Shown: positions 40,174 through 49,271 of the stretch, one piece after another
Numbering within the stretch: position 1 is the first letter of the stretch
Layout: each line of letters opens with the position of its first letter
From: an archaeon
GTDB taxonomy: Archaea; Nanobdellota; Nanobdellia; Pacearchaeales; GW2011-AR1
Reading direction: 5' to 3'
NCBI GenBank assembly: GCA_024278335.1
Contig: JAJRTJ010000002.1
Span: 17,008 to 81,007, forward strand
Length of the DNA: 64,000 nucleotides
Translations under genes and position numbers: made by a program
Notes under the pieces: model-generated
What the model saw: only the letters and a program-made list of their open reading frames with translations
Database searches by the model: none
Told to the model about the DNA's origin: nothing

Positions 40174-40853
40174 TTTTTCTTTCCTCCTTTTTTAGGAGCT
40201 TTGTCTTTTATAATTTCATGTATATTTTTTTTTGAATTTTCTTTTAGTTTTTTTAATAGTTCTTCTGTAACAACAATCCGGTCTTTCATGACTACATGTG
40301 GAGACAAGATACTTACCTTAATCCCAACTGTCCCTGGTTTTGTCTCTGCTCTTGCCTGCGCTCTGTCAACAAGTTTTGCAGGCTCTCCTGTTTTTTTCAA
40401 ATAACCCTGAGCAAATCTCCATGACTTTGCTCTTGAGCTTGGAAGTTTTCCATTTAATCTAATTTCAACTCCAAGAGCCCCTGCATCAATTATTTTTTGA
40501 AGTGCTCTATAAGCAATTACCTTAAACCTAAGCGGCCCAAATCTTTCTAATCCTAATGCAATCTCATCTGCCATTATTTGAGCATCAAATTCTGGCTCTA
40601 AGACTTCATTAATTTCAATGTGCGGATTTTCCATTTTAAATTTTGTTTTTAAAATATTTGTCATTTCCTCTATTTTCTCTCCTTTTCTTCCAATAACAAG
40701 TCCAGGTTTATGTGTTGAGATAATAATCTTTTCTCCAACAGGAGTATATTCAATTATAACTCTGCTTACTTTTCCCTTTCCCAAATAGTTCTTTAGGCTT
40801 TCTCTAATTGCAAATTCTTCTTTTTTTAGTTGAACAGTTTTTCTTTCCTCCAT
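40170..40853 (-). CDS. rps3: 30S ribosomal protein uS3
   Basis: KH-domain region IIISTHKPGLVIGRKGEKIEEMT and a C-terminal Lys-rich tail, at the expected operon position. Confidence 0.8.
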   Translation of the reverse strand: MEERKTVQLKKEEFAIRESLKNYLGKGKVSRVIIEYTPVGEKIIISTHKPGLVIGRKGEKIEEMTNILKTKFKMENPHIEINEVLEPEFDAQIMADEIALGLERFGPLRFKVIAYRALQKIIDAGALGVEIRLNGKLPSSRAKSWRFAQGYLKKTGEPAKLVDRAQARAETKPGTVGIKVSILSPHVVMKDRIVVTEELLKKLKENSKKNIHEIIKDKAPKKGGKKK

Positions 40854-41512
40854 TAGGCGCTTTTAACCTCCTTTTTAATTCCAGAATTCTTCAGCGCTGA
40901 ATCATTTTTATTTAAATTTTTTATAGAAGATTCTGCAACAAGAGTTATATGTGTTCTTTTTCTCCTTATTCTCCCAAATCTCCCAAAAGGTCTTTGAGCT
41001 TTATTTGCAATTGCTTTTGCAATAATCGGTTCTTCAATTTCATTAACAAGAGCATTTCCTTTAAGACTCTTTAAAATAGTTACAAAATGCTTTGATGCTC
41101 TAATCGGGAACTTCCCAGACATGATTTTTCCTTTTCTATGGGGAATCTCTCCTTTCATTGGAACAGCTTTTTTTAATTTCTGGACTTTCTCTAAATCTTC
41201 AAGCGCTTTATCAATTGTTTTTTTCTTCAAAAATTTGCATATTGCAACTGCATATTTTGTTGAAACAGGAACATTCTTTGAATTAACTACTGCTTCTGAT
41301 TTCTTTTCTTTTGGCTTTTCTGTTCCCTTAATATTTTTTTTTGCATCTTTTTTATCTTTGTTTTTATTTTCCACAGGTTTTTCTTTTTTGTCTGTCCCTT
41401 CATTAACCTTTTTTTCAACCGGCATATTTGTTTTTTTTGCTTCACTTGCTTTTTCTTGCTGTTTCATTGCCTTTGCATTTTTTTGTTCAGGGTTGTAATC
41501 TTTTTCTGTCAT
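40853..41512 (-). CDS. rpl22: 50S ribosomal protein uL22 (with ~65-aa Lys/Glu-rich N-terminal extension)
   Basis: Core STKYAVAICKFLKKKTIDKALEDL...SKHFVTILKSLKGNA...RIRRKRTHITLV. Confidence 0.8.
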   Translation of the reverse strand: MTEKDYNPEQKNAKAMKQQEKASEAKKTNMPVEKKVNEGTDKKEKPVENKNKDKKDAKKNIKGTEKPKEKKSEAVVNSKNVPVSTKYAVAICKFLKKKTIDKALEDLEKVQKLKKAVPMKGEIPHRKGKIMSGKFPIRASKHFVTILKSLKGNALVNEIEEPIIAKAIANKAQRPFGRFGRIRRKRTHITLVAESSIKNLNKNDSALKNSGIKKEVKSA

Positions 41513-41515
41513 TTT

Positions 41516-41917
41516 CTAATGTTTAGCTTGTGCTTTAGAACCTTTTGTAGCTCCAACTCCCGCACTGCCGTGTTTAACTTTTGCTCTTGTAAGCGCAAAT
41601 TCTCCAAGTCTATGCCCAAGCATTTCTCCACTAATCTCTACAAATGAAAATTCTCTTCCATTATAAATCCCAATTTTCATCCCCACTAATTCTGGAACAA
41701 TCACTAAATCTCTTTTATGTGTTTTAATTGGCTTGTTTTTTTCTTGTTTTTTCTTTGCCCTGTTTACAAAATCCTCAATCTCTTGAAAATTTCTTAAAAT
41801 TGTCCTTCTTTCTCTTGAAGGAACAAGCTTGGCAAACTCTCTAACATCAAGAGCCTTTAACTGCTCAAGATTCATTCCCCTGTATGTGAATTCTTTTTTC
41901 TTTATTTCTAATGCCAT
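41516..41917 (-). CDS. rps19: 30S ribosomal protein uS19
   Basis: KKKEFTYRGMNLEQLKALD...GHRLGEFALTRAKVKHGSAGVGATKGSK. Confidence 0.8.
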   Translation of the reverse strand: MALEIKKKEFTYRGMNLEQLKALDVREFAKLVPSRERRTILRNFQEIEDFVNRAKKKQEKNKPIKTHKRDLVIVPELVGMKIGIYNGREFSFVEISGEMLGHRLGEFALTRAKVKHGSAGVGATKGSKAQAKH

Positions 41918-41918
41918 T

Positions 41919-42617
41919 TTACTTTCTTTTACCTGTTCTCTTTGGCCTTAATAAACCTACCTTTTGTCCTGGAGCAGAATTTCTCTTTGCAATCTTTGGT
42001 TTAGGAACTTTTCCTCTTCCAGAGCCAAATGGATGGTCTATTGCATTTACTTTTAATGCTCCTGTTCTTGGCCATAATTTACTTTTTGATTTTTTAATGT
42101 GGTGCATTTTACCTGCCTTGACAATTGGCTTGTCTAATCTTCCTTCTCCTGCAATAACCCCAATAACTGCCCTGCAATTTCCATTAAGTTTTTTTTCTTT
42201 TTTTGAAGAAAGCAGGACATAAACTTCTGAGCCAACTTTTTTTGAGACTTCTGCAAAACTTCCTGCTGATTTAACGAGTTTCCCTCCATCATTTGGATGA
42301 GACTCTATACAATAAATCTTTGTTTTGATAGGAATATTGTGGAGTTTTAAAATACTCCCCTTTTTAATACTCTTTCCATCAAGTTTTATTTTTTGTCCTT
42401 CTACCATATTTTTAAATGCAGGAATATAAAAACTCTTTTTCTCTGCAGAAATTTTTGCCAAAGGAGCACTATGAGCACTTGAATTTATCAATTTTACAAC
42501 TTTTCCTTCCTCATTTAGCTCTTTTGGATAACCTATTTTGTATCTAAATGCTTTTTTCTTAACTCTGTAAGTTGAGCTTCCTTTTCCTCGTGCTTGTTGA
42601 ATAATTCTTTTTCCCAT
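41919..42617 (-). CDS. rpl2: 50S ribosomal protein uL2
   Basis: MGKRIIQQARGKGSSTYR...HPNDGGKLVKSAGSFAEV...HPFGSGRGK. Confidence 0.85.
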   Translation of the reverse strand: MGKRIIQQARGKGSSTYRVKKKAFRYKIGYPKELNEEGKVVKLINSSAHSAPLAKISAEKKSFYIPAFKNMVEGQKIKLDGKSIKKGSILKLHNIPIKTKIYCIESHPNDGGKLVKSAGSFAEVSKKVGSEVYVLLSSKKEKKLNGNCRAVIGVIAGEGRLDKPIVKAGKMHHIKKSKSKLWPRTGALKVNAIDHPFGSGRGKVPKPKIAKRNSAPGQKVGLLRPKRTGKRK

Positions 42618-42618
42618 T

Positions 42619-42861
42619 TTACATTATCCCGAGTTTTGTAGCAACGTCAATTGCTAAAAATTCTTTTTTTAATTTAACATAAGCATATTTTTTATTTCCT
42701 CTAATTAATGTCCTTATTTTTTCAACTTTTACGTCAAACATTTCCCCAATTTCTTTTTTCAATTCCTCTTTTTTCAATTCTTTTTCTGTTTGAAATGTTA
42801 TTACATTATCTTTTTCAATCATCATTACTGCCTTTTCAGTTGCAAGTGGCTTTAAGTTCAT
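42619..42861 (-). CDS. rpl23: 50S ribosomal protein uL23
   Basis: 80 aa with a uL23-like pattern (ATEKAVMMIEKDNVITFQT...KKYAYVKL), at the expected operon position. Confidence 0.75.
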   Translation of the reverse strand: MNLKPLATEKAVMMIEKDNVITFQTEKELKKEELKKEIGEMFDVKVEKIRTLIRGNKKYAYVKLKKEFLAIDVATKLGIM

Positions 42862-43682
42862 TTTTTATCTTCTCCAGATTTACTTTTTACTTTTCCTTGA
42901 ATTTTCTCTGCTATTTCCTTGATTGCATTTTCAGTATACATCACAAGCCTTCCCTGCCCCCCTTTGGCCAAATCATTAACACTCAATTGGTTTACTGGGA
43001 CAACTTCAAATCTTTTTGTCCTAAGCTTGTCTTTTTTTCCAACAACAATAAGCAGTCCTGCATTTGATTTATACTTCCTGCCCCTCATTTTTCCTTTTCC
43101 TGCTCGGATTTTTTTATTTTTAATTGCAATAGAAAATACTTCTCCAAATATTTTTTTAACTAAAGATACTAATTCCTTTACTTTGATTTCTTTTGATTCA
43201 ATAATGATTGGAAGTTGGCTTATTTTTCCTTTTTCTAATTTTTCATATCTTTTTACAACAATGTCTTCTTTTGTAGTTGCAGTCAAGGCAGAAAAAAACG
43301 CAGTCCTCAATTCTTTTTTATTTATTTTTAATTTTTTAATCATTGATTCAATTTTTGGGGGGTGTGCTCTCCTACCTCCAACTGCGCTTGGAACAGTTGC
43401 ACCAACCCAATTAAATTGAGAACCTCTCTGGCTCATTCTTTTTCTTGGAATTCTTGACATGCCTCTTCCATACTGGCTTTTCCAAACATGTCTTCTATGG
43501 ATAAGTTTTCCAGAAGCAGATTGCCGATTTCCTGCAATAGGGCTTGGAGCATAAGGTTGTTTTGTTTTTTTTGCTTCAAGAACTTTTGAAACAATATCCT
43601 CTCTAATTGGCGCATTAAAACACTCAGGCAATTCAATTGTTCCTTTTTCCTTTCCTTTAATATCTAATATTTTTACCTTCAT
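42858..43682 (-). CDS. rpl4: 50S ribosomal protein uL4
   Basis: APSPIAGNRQSASGKLIHRRHVWKSQYGRGMSRIPRKRM, at the expected operon position. Confidence 0.8.
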   Translation of the reverse strand: MKVKILDIKGKEKGTIELPECFNAPIREDIVSKVLEAKKTKQPYAPSPIAGNRQSASGKLIHRRHVWKSQYGRGMSRIPRKRMSQRGSQFNWVGATVPSAVGGRRAHPPKIESMIKKLKINKKELRTAFFSALTATTKEDIVVKRYEKLEKGKISQLPIIIESKEIKVKELVSLVKKIFGEVFSIAIKNKKIRAGKGKMRGRKYKSNAGLLIVVGKKDKLRTKRFEVVPVNQLSVNDLAKGGQGRLVMYTENAIKEIAEKIQGKVKSKSGEDKK

Positions 43683-43683
43683 T

Positions 43684-44622
43684 TTATCTTAACTCCACAA
43701 ATTCATAATTTTTCTTTTCTTGTTTTTTGCTCGCTCTAAGAGGAGCAGTAATCACAACCTGTCGTTTTGCAGGACCCATTACAGAGCCTTCTATGATAAG
43801 ATAGTCTGATTTTACAGTCCCATAATTTTTGAAAATTTTGTCAAGTCCTGTTCCTGTAGAAAGTATTTTATTATTATAGATAACTCTTGTTTGATAGCCT
43901 GTTTGACCTGCCATTGGCACTCTAAAAATAACTCTTGATGGGTTCCATGGACCAACATTTCCGGGCCTTCTTCTTCCTTTTTCGGATTTAGATACTTTTA
44001 ATGTAATTCCAAATCTTTTGACCGGACCTTGAAATCCTTTTCCTTTTGTAACTCCCCGAACATCAATCAATTTTCCTGCTTCAAACATTTCTAAAACCGA
44101 AATTTCTTTGTTGAGATTTTCTTTAATAAAATTAATTTTTTCTTCAATAGAAGCCCCATTTAACCCAATTTCAACAAGGTCTGGTTTTTTCTTTAATCCA
44201 ATTTTTTTAACAAGCGAATAAGCAATAATAGAGACATCATCATAGTCTGAAAAATTAATTTCTTCAAGTTTATGCTGTTTTTTTGCAAGTTTAACTTTTT
44301 TCTTTAATTCTTTTTCAAGAACATTGGATAAAACATCTTTTGAAACTTTATTGTTTTTGTAAAATCTTATAGAAAAAATCTTTATTGGAGGGCATTCAAG
44401 AATTGTGGCAGGAATTGTTATTTTTTTTGATTTAGTTAAAGAATCAGGAGTGTTGTTTGTTATATATGCTGAAGCCATTCCAACTTTATAAGCAATAAAT
44501 CCTTTGAGAATACCTTTGTTGCCAGTTAAATGTTTCCAGTTTACACTAGGCAAAATTTTTTTAGCACGCTTTCGCGGCCAAAACTGCAAACTTCCTTTTC
44601 TTGGTGATTTTGTGCTCGGCAT
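43684..44622 (-). CDS. rpl3: 50S ribosomal protein uL3
   Basis: PRKGSLQFWPRKRAKKILPS...FQGPVKRFG. This is the first gene of the operon, with a promoter region upstream. Confidence 0.85.
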   Translation of the reverse strand: MPSTKSPRKGSLQFWPRKRAKKILPSVNWKHLTGNKGILKGFIAYKVGMASAYITNNTPDSLTKSKKITIPATILECPPIKIFSIRFYKNNKVSKDVLSNVLEKELKKKVKLAKKQHKLEEINFSDYDDVSIIAYSLVKKIGLKKKPDLVEIGLNGASIEEKINFIKENLNKEISVLEMFEAGKLIDVRGVTKGKGFQGPVKRFGITLKVSKSEKGRRRPGNVGPWNPSRVIFRVPMAGQTGYQTRVIYNNKILSTGTGLDKIFKNYGTVKSDYLIIEGSVMGPAKRQVVITAPLRASKKQEKKNYEFVELR

Positions 44623-44775
44623 TTCTTATAAGTTTCCTAACTCTAGCGAAGAATTTCATTTACTTTCACCCTGGAATAAAAATAAGGAGCAAAGTGGCTT
44701 TTTAAAGGTTTTTGTGCCTAATCTTTAATAGCCCTTTTCTTACATAAACCTTATATACCCTTGTTTTCCTTTAAC

Positions 44776-44797
44776 TTCAATGTTAGTTAAATTTGCG
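44776..44797 (+). promoter_or_regulatory. 22-bp direct repeat copy 1 (ttcaATGTTAGTTAAATTTGCG), promoter-like (TTAAAT TATA-like core)
   Basis: A copy with one mismatch occurs 95 bp downstream, and both carry a TTAAATTT box. It lies in the 317-bp intergenic region between divergent rpl3 and the RRM gene. Confidence 0.35.
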
Positions 44798-44870
44798 ATT
44801 TCACAGGAGGCATTTAGAAATCGCCGTTCAGTGTTTCGAGGAAAATCGAACAAAAAATCAGCGGGTTGTT

Positions 44871-44892
44871 TTCCATGTTAGTTAAATTTGCG
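44871..44892 (+). promoter_or_regulatory. 22-bp direct repeat copy 2; probable BRE/TATA of the RRM-protein gene
   Basis: The TTAAATTT box sits about 50 nt upstream of ATG 44940, and a GGAGGG Shine-Dalgarno-like element is at 44927-44932. Confidence 0.4.
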
Positions 44893-44939
44893 GAGCGTTC
44901 TACTAGATTTCTATTTAGAGAGTTGTAAGGAGGGTTAAA

Positions 44940-45191
44940 ATGAAATTATATGTTGGTAATTTGCCTTGGTCTGTTGACGAAGCAGGTTTAAAAGAACTTT
45001 TTTCTGCCTATGGCGTATCTGAAGCAAATCTAATTGTTGACAAATTCTCAAAACGTTCAAAAGGTTTTGGTTTTGTTGAAATTCCAGATGAAGAGCAAGC
45101 AAAAAAAGCTATTGCAGAAATGAATGGAAAAGATTGCGAAGGACGAGACCTTAAAGTCTCTGAAGCTAGACCAATGGAATCAAGAGAATAA
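44940..45191 (+). CDS. RNA-recognition-motif (RRM/RNP-1) RNA-binding protein
   Basis: RNP-2 LYVGNL and RNP-1 KGFGFVEI octamer in an 83-aa single-RRM protein, preceded by a strong SD. Confidence 0.7.
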   Translation: MKLYVGNLPWSVDEAGLKELFSAYGVSEANLIVDKFSKRSKGFGFVEIPDEEQAKKAIAEMNGKDCEGRDLKVSEARPMESRE

Positions 45192-45260
45192 GTGAATTTA
45201 TTTTTATTATTTTTCTTTTTGTTTTTCAACCCCTTAATATAGATTAAGATTTCGCTTCTT

Positions 45261-45989
45261 TTAAGCTTTAAACTCTATTTCTTTTTTGCTTTCTATTCCA
45301 TCTATTTTTGATTTTCGCACAATTTTTCCAACTCTAAAGGATTCTTCTCTTATTTTTGCAAAATCTTTTGAATTTTTAAGCTCTTCAGGGATCTCTATTT
45401 TTTCAATAAAAAATGTATGGCTTATTTCTGCTTCTTTAAAATCTGGTTTTTCAAAAACAAAGCTTTGGGCAAGTGAAGCGTCTGTTGTCTTTAATTTACA
45501 AAAATCTGCTTTTGGCTTATCTTCTCCTTTTGAAGAAGGTTTTCCAGATTTTGGTGCTTTTGGTTTTATTTTTAATTCACTATCTTTTGTCTTAAAACTT
45601 AATCCGAAAAATGCCTTTGGAAAACTTTCAACAATTGATTTTATTTCATTCCCAGACATCTCAACATCAATTATATATCTTTTCACTCCTTGAAATTGTT
45701 TTACTTGTGCATGAGCAAGAAGTATGCTGTATTCAGGAATTTCTTTTAAGTTAACTGTTGAAATAATTGCTCCCTTGACTTGTGTCTTTTCTTCTCCTAA
45801 TTTTTCTGCCAAATCAAGGACAAGCTCATTTCCAAATTCTGGAGTTGTTGAAATAGAATATTTTCCTCCTCCTTGGAGTTTTGCAAGAATCACTGCCCTT
45901 TCCAGAAACTCTCCTCTTGAAAATTTCTGAAATTGCAAGTGAACTAATTCATCAGTTTTTCCATCAACAATTTTTTTTATAAAGTTCAT
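45261..45989 (-). CDS. hypothetical protein
   Basis: 242 aa with a Lys/Glu-rich C-terminal half and no motif recognised. Confidence 0.35.
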   Translation of the reverse strand: MNFIKKIVDGKTDELVHLQFQKFSRGEFLERAVILAKLQGGGKYSISTTPEFGNELVLDLAEKLGEEKTQVKGAIISTVNLKEIPEYSILLAHAQVKQFQGVKRYIIDVEMSGNEIKSIVESFPKAFFGLSFKTKDSELKIKPKAPKSGKPSSKGEDKPKADFCKLKTTDASLAQSFVFEKPDFKEAEISHTFFIEKIEIPEELKNSKDFAKIREESFRVGKIVRKSKIDGIESKKEIEFKA

Positions 45990-46025
45990 AGATTGATTAC
46001 ATAATTTTCTTTTATAAAACTTCCC

Positions 46026-47117
46026 TTGCCTTTACGAAGATTTATAAATTGTTTGGACCTTAATTTAATGAAAATGGAGGACAATAATTATTTTAATAAA
46101 TACGCTGCAATTGCAATAATTGCTGTTTTGGTTTTTCTTGCCTTTTTCATGATAAAACCGGTTTTAACGTCAATAATTATGGCATTAATTCTTGCAATGG
46201 TTTTATTTCAACCCTATAAATGGCTTTACAAAAAAACTCAAAGAAAAAATCTTTCTGCCTTTTTAATTTGCATTATTCTTCTTTTAGTGATTTTAATTCC
46301 ATTCTGGTTTATATTGCCTACTTTGTTAGATCAGTCTCTCAAAATCTACCTTTCAATTCAGCAGATTAATTTTTACACACTCTTTTCAGAGATGTTCCCT
46401 TCTTTGTTTTCCTCCCCCCAATCTTCTGCACAATTTGCTTCAATTCTCTCTTCTTTTGTAAATTCAATTGGAAGTTATTTCCTTAATACAATATCAAATT
46501 TAATTTTTAATTTTCCAATAATTTTCATCAAATTTCTTTTAGTGTTTTTTATCTTATTTTTTATTTTAAGGGATGCGGAAATTCTTATGAAATATCTTAA
46601 AGAGATGCTTCCTTTTCCAAAAGAAATAAAAAACAAGCTTTTTGAACAGTCAAAAGAGATTACTATCTCTGTCTTATTTGGACAAATAATCTTGGGTGTA
46701 ATTCAGGGGTTAATTGCAGGGGCGGGGTTTTTGATTTTTGGAGTTCCGAACACACTTCTTTTAACAATTCTTGCTGCAATTGCAGGGATAATCCCAATTA
46801 TTGGAACAACAGTAGTTTGGATTCCAGTGGCTATTTATTTAATTGTAGCAGAAAATATTTTTGCTGCAACAGGGGTAATAATTTTTGGTCTTATATCTAC
46901 AGGAGTTGAAAACTTTTTAAGGCCTTTAATTGTTTCATACAAAATAGAGCTCCACCCAGCACTTGTTTTTGTAGGGATGGTTGGAGGGTTAATCATGTGG
47001 GGATTCTTAGGGGTTCTTTTAGGCCCCCTTATTCTCGCTTATTTGATTATCATCCTCGAGCTTTATAGAAAAAAAGCAACAGGCGTATTTATTAAAATAT
47101 CTTCTGAAGTAAATTAA
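46026..47117 (+). CDS. AI-2E family transporter (PerM/UPF0118 permease)
   Basis: Polytopic, with the conserved C-terminal GLISTGVENFLRPLIVS segment typical of the AI-2E family. Confidence 0.55.
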   Translation: MPLRRFINCLDLNLMKMEDNNYFNKYAAIAIIAVLVFLAFFMIKPVLTSIIMALILAMVLFQPYKWLYKKTQRKNLSAFLICIILLLVILIPFWFILPTLLDQSLKIYLSIQQINFYTLFSEMFPSLFSSPQSSAQFASILSSFVNSIGSYFLNTISNLIFNFPIIFIKFLLVFFILFFILRDAEILMKYLKEMLPFPKEIKNKLFEQSKEITISVLFGQIILGVIQGLIAGAGFLIFGVPNTLLLTILAAIAGIIPIIGTTVVWIPVAIYLIVAENIFAATGVIIFGLISTGVENFLRPLIVSYKIELHPALVFVGMVGGLIMWGFLGVLLGPLILAYLIIILELYRKKATGVFIKISSEVN

Positions 47118-47122
47118 AGAGC

Positions 47123-48601
47123 ATGGAATTTAAGCCAAAAATACTAAAACTTTCTGCAGGAGTGCCGATTGCTATAATCAATAAAACAACTGCAAAAGAA
47201 TTGGGGATTCATCCTAATGAAAGGGTTCTTATTCAAAACCCCAAATCAAAAAAAGATTTCGCAACAATTGTAAATGTTGTGACTGACATGGTTCATAAAA
47301 AGGAAATTGGAATCTCTTCTGAGCTTAAAAAGTCCCTTCAAATTACAGATTCTTCTAAATTAAAAGTAATCCTTGCTCCAACTCCCATTTCAATAAACTT
47401 CATTAAAAAAAAGCTTTCTGGAAAGACGCTGAGTAAAAAGGAAATTTATCAGATAATCAAAGACATTGTTGAAAACGAGCTCTCAGAACCAGAGATTGCA
47501 TTATTTGTTTCTGCAATGCAGCAAAAAGCAATGAACAAAAAGGAAACTATTTATTTAATAAATGCAATTAGAGATACCGGAGAGGCTTTGAATCTAAAAA
47601 ACAAAATAATTGTAGATAAGCATTCTATTGGGGGGGTTGCAGGAAACAGGACTACTCCGATTGTTGTATCAATTTGCACTGCAGCAGGATTGGTTATGCC
47701 TAAAACTTCTTCAAGAGCAATAACAAGTGCTGCTGGAACTGCTGATGTAATAGAAATAATAGCAAAAGTAGACTTTTCAATGAATGAATTAAAAAAAATA
47801 ATTAAAAAAGCTAACGCATGTCTTGTTTGGGGGGGCGGGCTTGGAATGGTTCCTGCTGATTCAAAAATTATCAAAGTAGAAAAGCTCCTGAAGATAGACC
47901 CTAAAGCCCAGCTTCTTGCTTCAATTATAGCAAAAAAACTTGCTGTTGGAAGCACACATATTTTAATCGATATTCCATATGGAAAATCTGCAAAAGTGAC
48001 AAAACAAAAAGCACTTGAATTAAAAAAAGATTTTCTCTCTCTCGCTAAATTTTTTAAGAAAAAAATGATTGTGCTCTTGACTCCAGGAAATGAGCCAATT
48101 GGAAAAGGGGTCGGCCCTGCACTGGAAATAAGAGATGTAATAAGAATTTTAGACCCAACAAAACAGGGTCCAGGGGATTTAGAAAAAAAATCCCTGCTTC
48201 TTGCAGGAGCAATATTTGAAGTAACTAAAAAAACAAAAAAAGGAAAAGGAGTATTTTTAGCTCAAGAGATTCTTTATTCTGGAAAGGCATTTGATAAATT
48301 TAAGCAAATAATAAAAGCTCAAGGAGGAAAAGTTAAAGAGCCGAAACTAGGGAAATTTAAAAAAGAAATTCTTTCAATTAAATCTGGAAAAATAAAAGAA
48401 ATTAATAATAAAGCCATTAACTCTCTTGCAAGGATTGCAGGCAGTCCTGAAGACAAGGGAGCAGGATTAGACCTTTTTATTAAAACAGGAGAAAAAATTA
48501 AAAAAAGAGACAAGCTTTTGACAATTTATGCTGAATCAAAACAGAGATTAAAAGCAGCTCTCTATTTTTATAAAAAAAATAAGCCAATTACTTTCAAATA
48601 A
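47123..48601 (+). CDS. deoA: AMP phosphorylase / thymidine-phosphorylase-family protein (archaeal DeoA-like)
   Basis: HSIGGVAGNRTTPIVVSICTAAGLVMPKTSSRAITSAAGTADVIE, the pyrimidine-nucleoside phosphorylase family core. The ~490-aa archaeal form carries an N-terminal extension. Confidence 0.7.
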   Translation: MEFKPKILKLSAGVPIAIINKTTAKELGIHPNERVLIQNPKSKKDFATIVNVVTDMVHKKEIGISSELKKSLQITDSSKLKVILAPTPISINFIKKKLSGKTLSKKEIYQIIKDIVENELSEPEIALFVSAMQQKAMNKKETIYLINAIRDTGEALNLKNKIIVDKHSIGGVAGNRTTPIVVSICTAAGLVMPKTSSRAITSAAGTADVIEIIAKVDFSMNELKKIIKKANACLVWGGGLGMVPADSKIIKVEKLLKIDPKAQLLASIIAKKLAVGSTHILIDIPYGKSAKVTKQKALELKKDFLSLAKFFKKKMIVLLTPGNEPIGKGVGPALEIRDVIRILDPTKQGPGDLEKKSLLLAGAIFEVTKKTKKGKGVFLAQEILYSGKAFDKFKQIIKAQGGKVKEPKLGKFKKEILSIKSGKIKEINNKAINSLARIAGSPEDKGAGLDLFIKTGEKIKKRDKLLTIYAESKQRLKAALYFYKKNKPITFK

Positions 48602-48641
48602 TCACAACTAATCTTTTAAACTTCTTATAATTATTTTTTCA

Positions 48642-48908
48642 ATGGAAACAAGCCCAAGAAAAAACATTGTAGAATATTTCAAGAAAAATCTGAAAAAGGG
48701 GTATACGGAAGAGGCTCTTAAATGGGCGTTAATTAGCCAAGGATATTCTAGAAGCGCAGTTGAGCTTGCAATTAAAAAAGTAAATTTAGACCTTGCAAAA
48801 AAAGCCCCTGTTTTAAAAGAAAAACCAAAAATTAAATACCAAATCATAGATGAATATAATCGTCCAATCACAATAAAAAAGCCCTGGTGGAAAAGAATTT
48901 TTGGTTAA
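48642..48908 (+). CDS. hypothetical small basic protein
   Basis: 88-aa ORF, preferred over the junk-like antisense ORF 48608..48871. Confidence 0.25.
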   Translation: METSPRKNIVEYFKKNLKKGYTEEALKWALISQGYSRSAVELAIKKVNLDLAKKAPVLKEKPKIKYQIIDEYNRPITIKKPWWKRIFG

Positions 48909-49040
48909 AGCATAAACTTTAAAATCTAATCTTCTTATTTTTTGTTGATGCCTCTACGTCTTTTTTTAAAAGATGTAGTGAAGAATTTTGCTTGCAAAAT
49001 TCTGGTTCAATTAAGGATTGAACGCCTTTTCGCAGAAAAA

Positions 49041-49120
49041 GCCTCCGTCGCATAATGGTATTGCACTCGGCTTGAGACCGAGGCCCTTTGGGCTCCCAGG
49101 TTCGATTCCTGGCGGGGGCG
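49041..49120 (+). tRNA. tRNA-Ser (anticodon UGA), class II with long variable arm
   Basis: Manual fold. Acceptor GCCTCCG/CGGGGGC (one G-U), 3-bp D stem GCA/TGC, anticodon stem CTCGG/CCGAG with loop CTTGAGA, 13-nt variable arm with CCC/GGG stem, T arm CCAGG-TTCGATT-CCTGG, discriminator G. Confidence 0.75.
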
Positions 49121-49121
49121 T
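49109..49121 (+). repeat. direct repeat copy A (CTGGCGGGGGCGT = tRNA-Ser 3-prime end); attachment-site-like
   Basis: An identical 13-mer recurs at 49259..49271, and the flanks are also similar (t..atg). A GC hairpin ATGGGGC-cttgt-GCCCCAT lies at 49124-49142. Confidence 0.4.
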
Positions 49122-49258
49122 AAATGGGGCCTTGTGCCCCATTCTCTCAGAATTGATGCCTGTTAAATTCAAAATTTCTTTTTCTGATGGTTCGACGAGC
49201 AAGTTCACGAGAATTAATCACAAAGTCAATCTTAAAAGTCCGAGTGAGTTTGCGAGCA

Positions 49259-49271
49259 CTGGCGGGGGCGT
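49259..49271 (+). repeat. direct repeat copy B of tRNA-Ser 3-prime end (att-like scar)
   Basis: A GC-rich 13-mer identical to the tRNA 3-prime end, in a ~30% GC genome. A chance match is very unlikely. Confidence 0.4.

Noticed and set aside
48608-48871. 87-aa minus-strand ORF overlapping the 48642..48908 plus-strand ORF.
   Set aside because: Its translation is hydrophobic and aromatic junk (FFARSKFTFLIASS...), whereas the plus-strand ORF has protein-like composition. Only the plus-strand ORF is reported, at low confidence.
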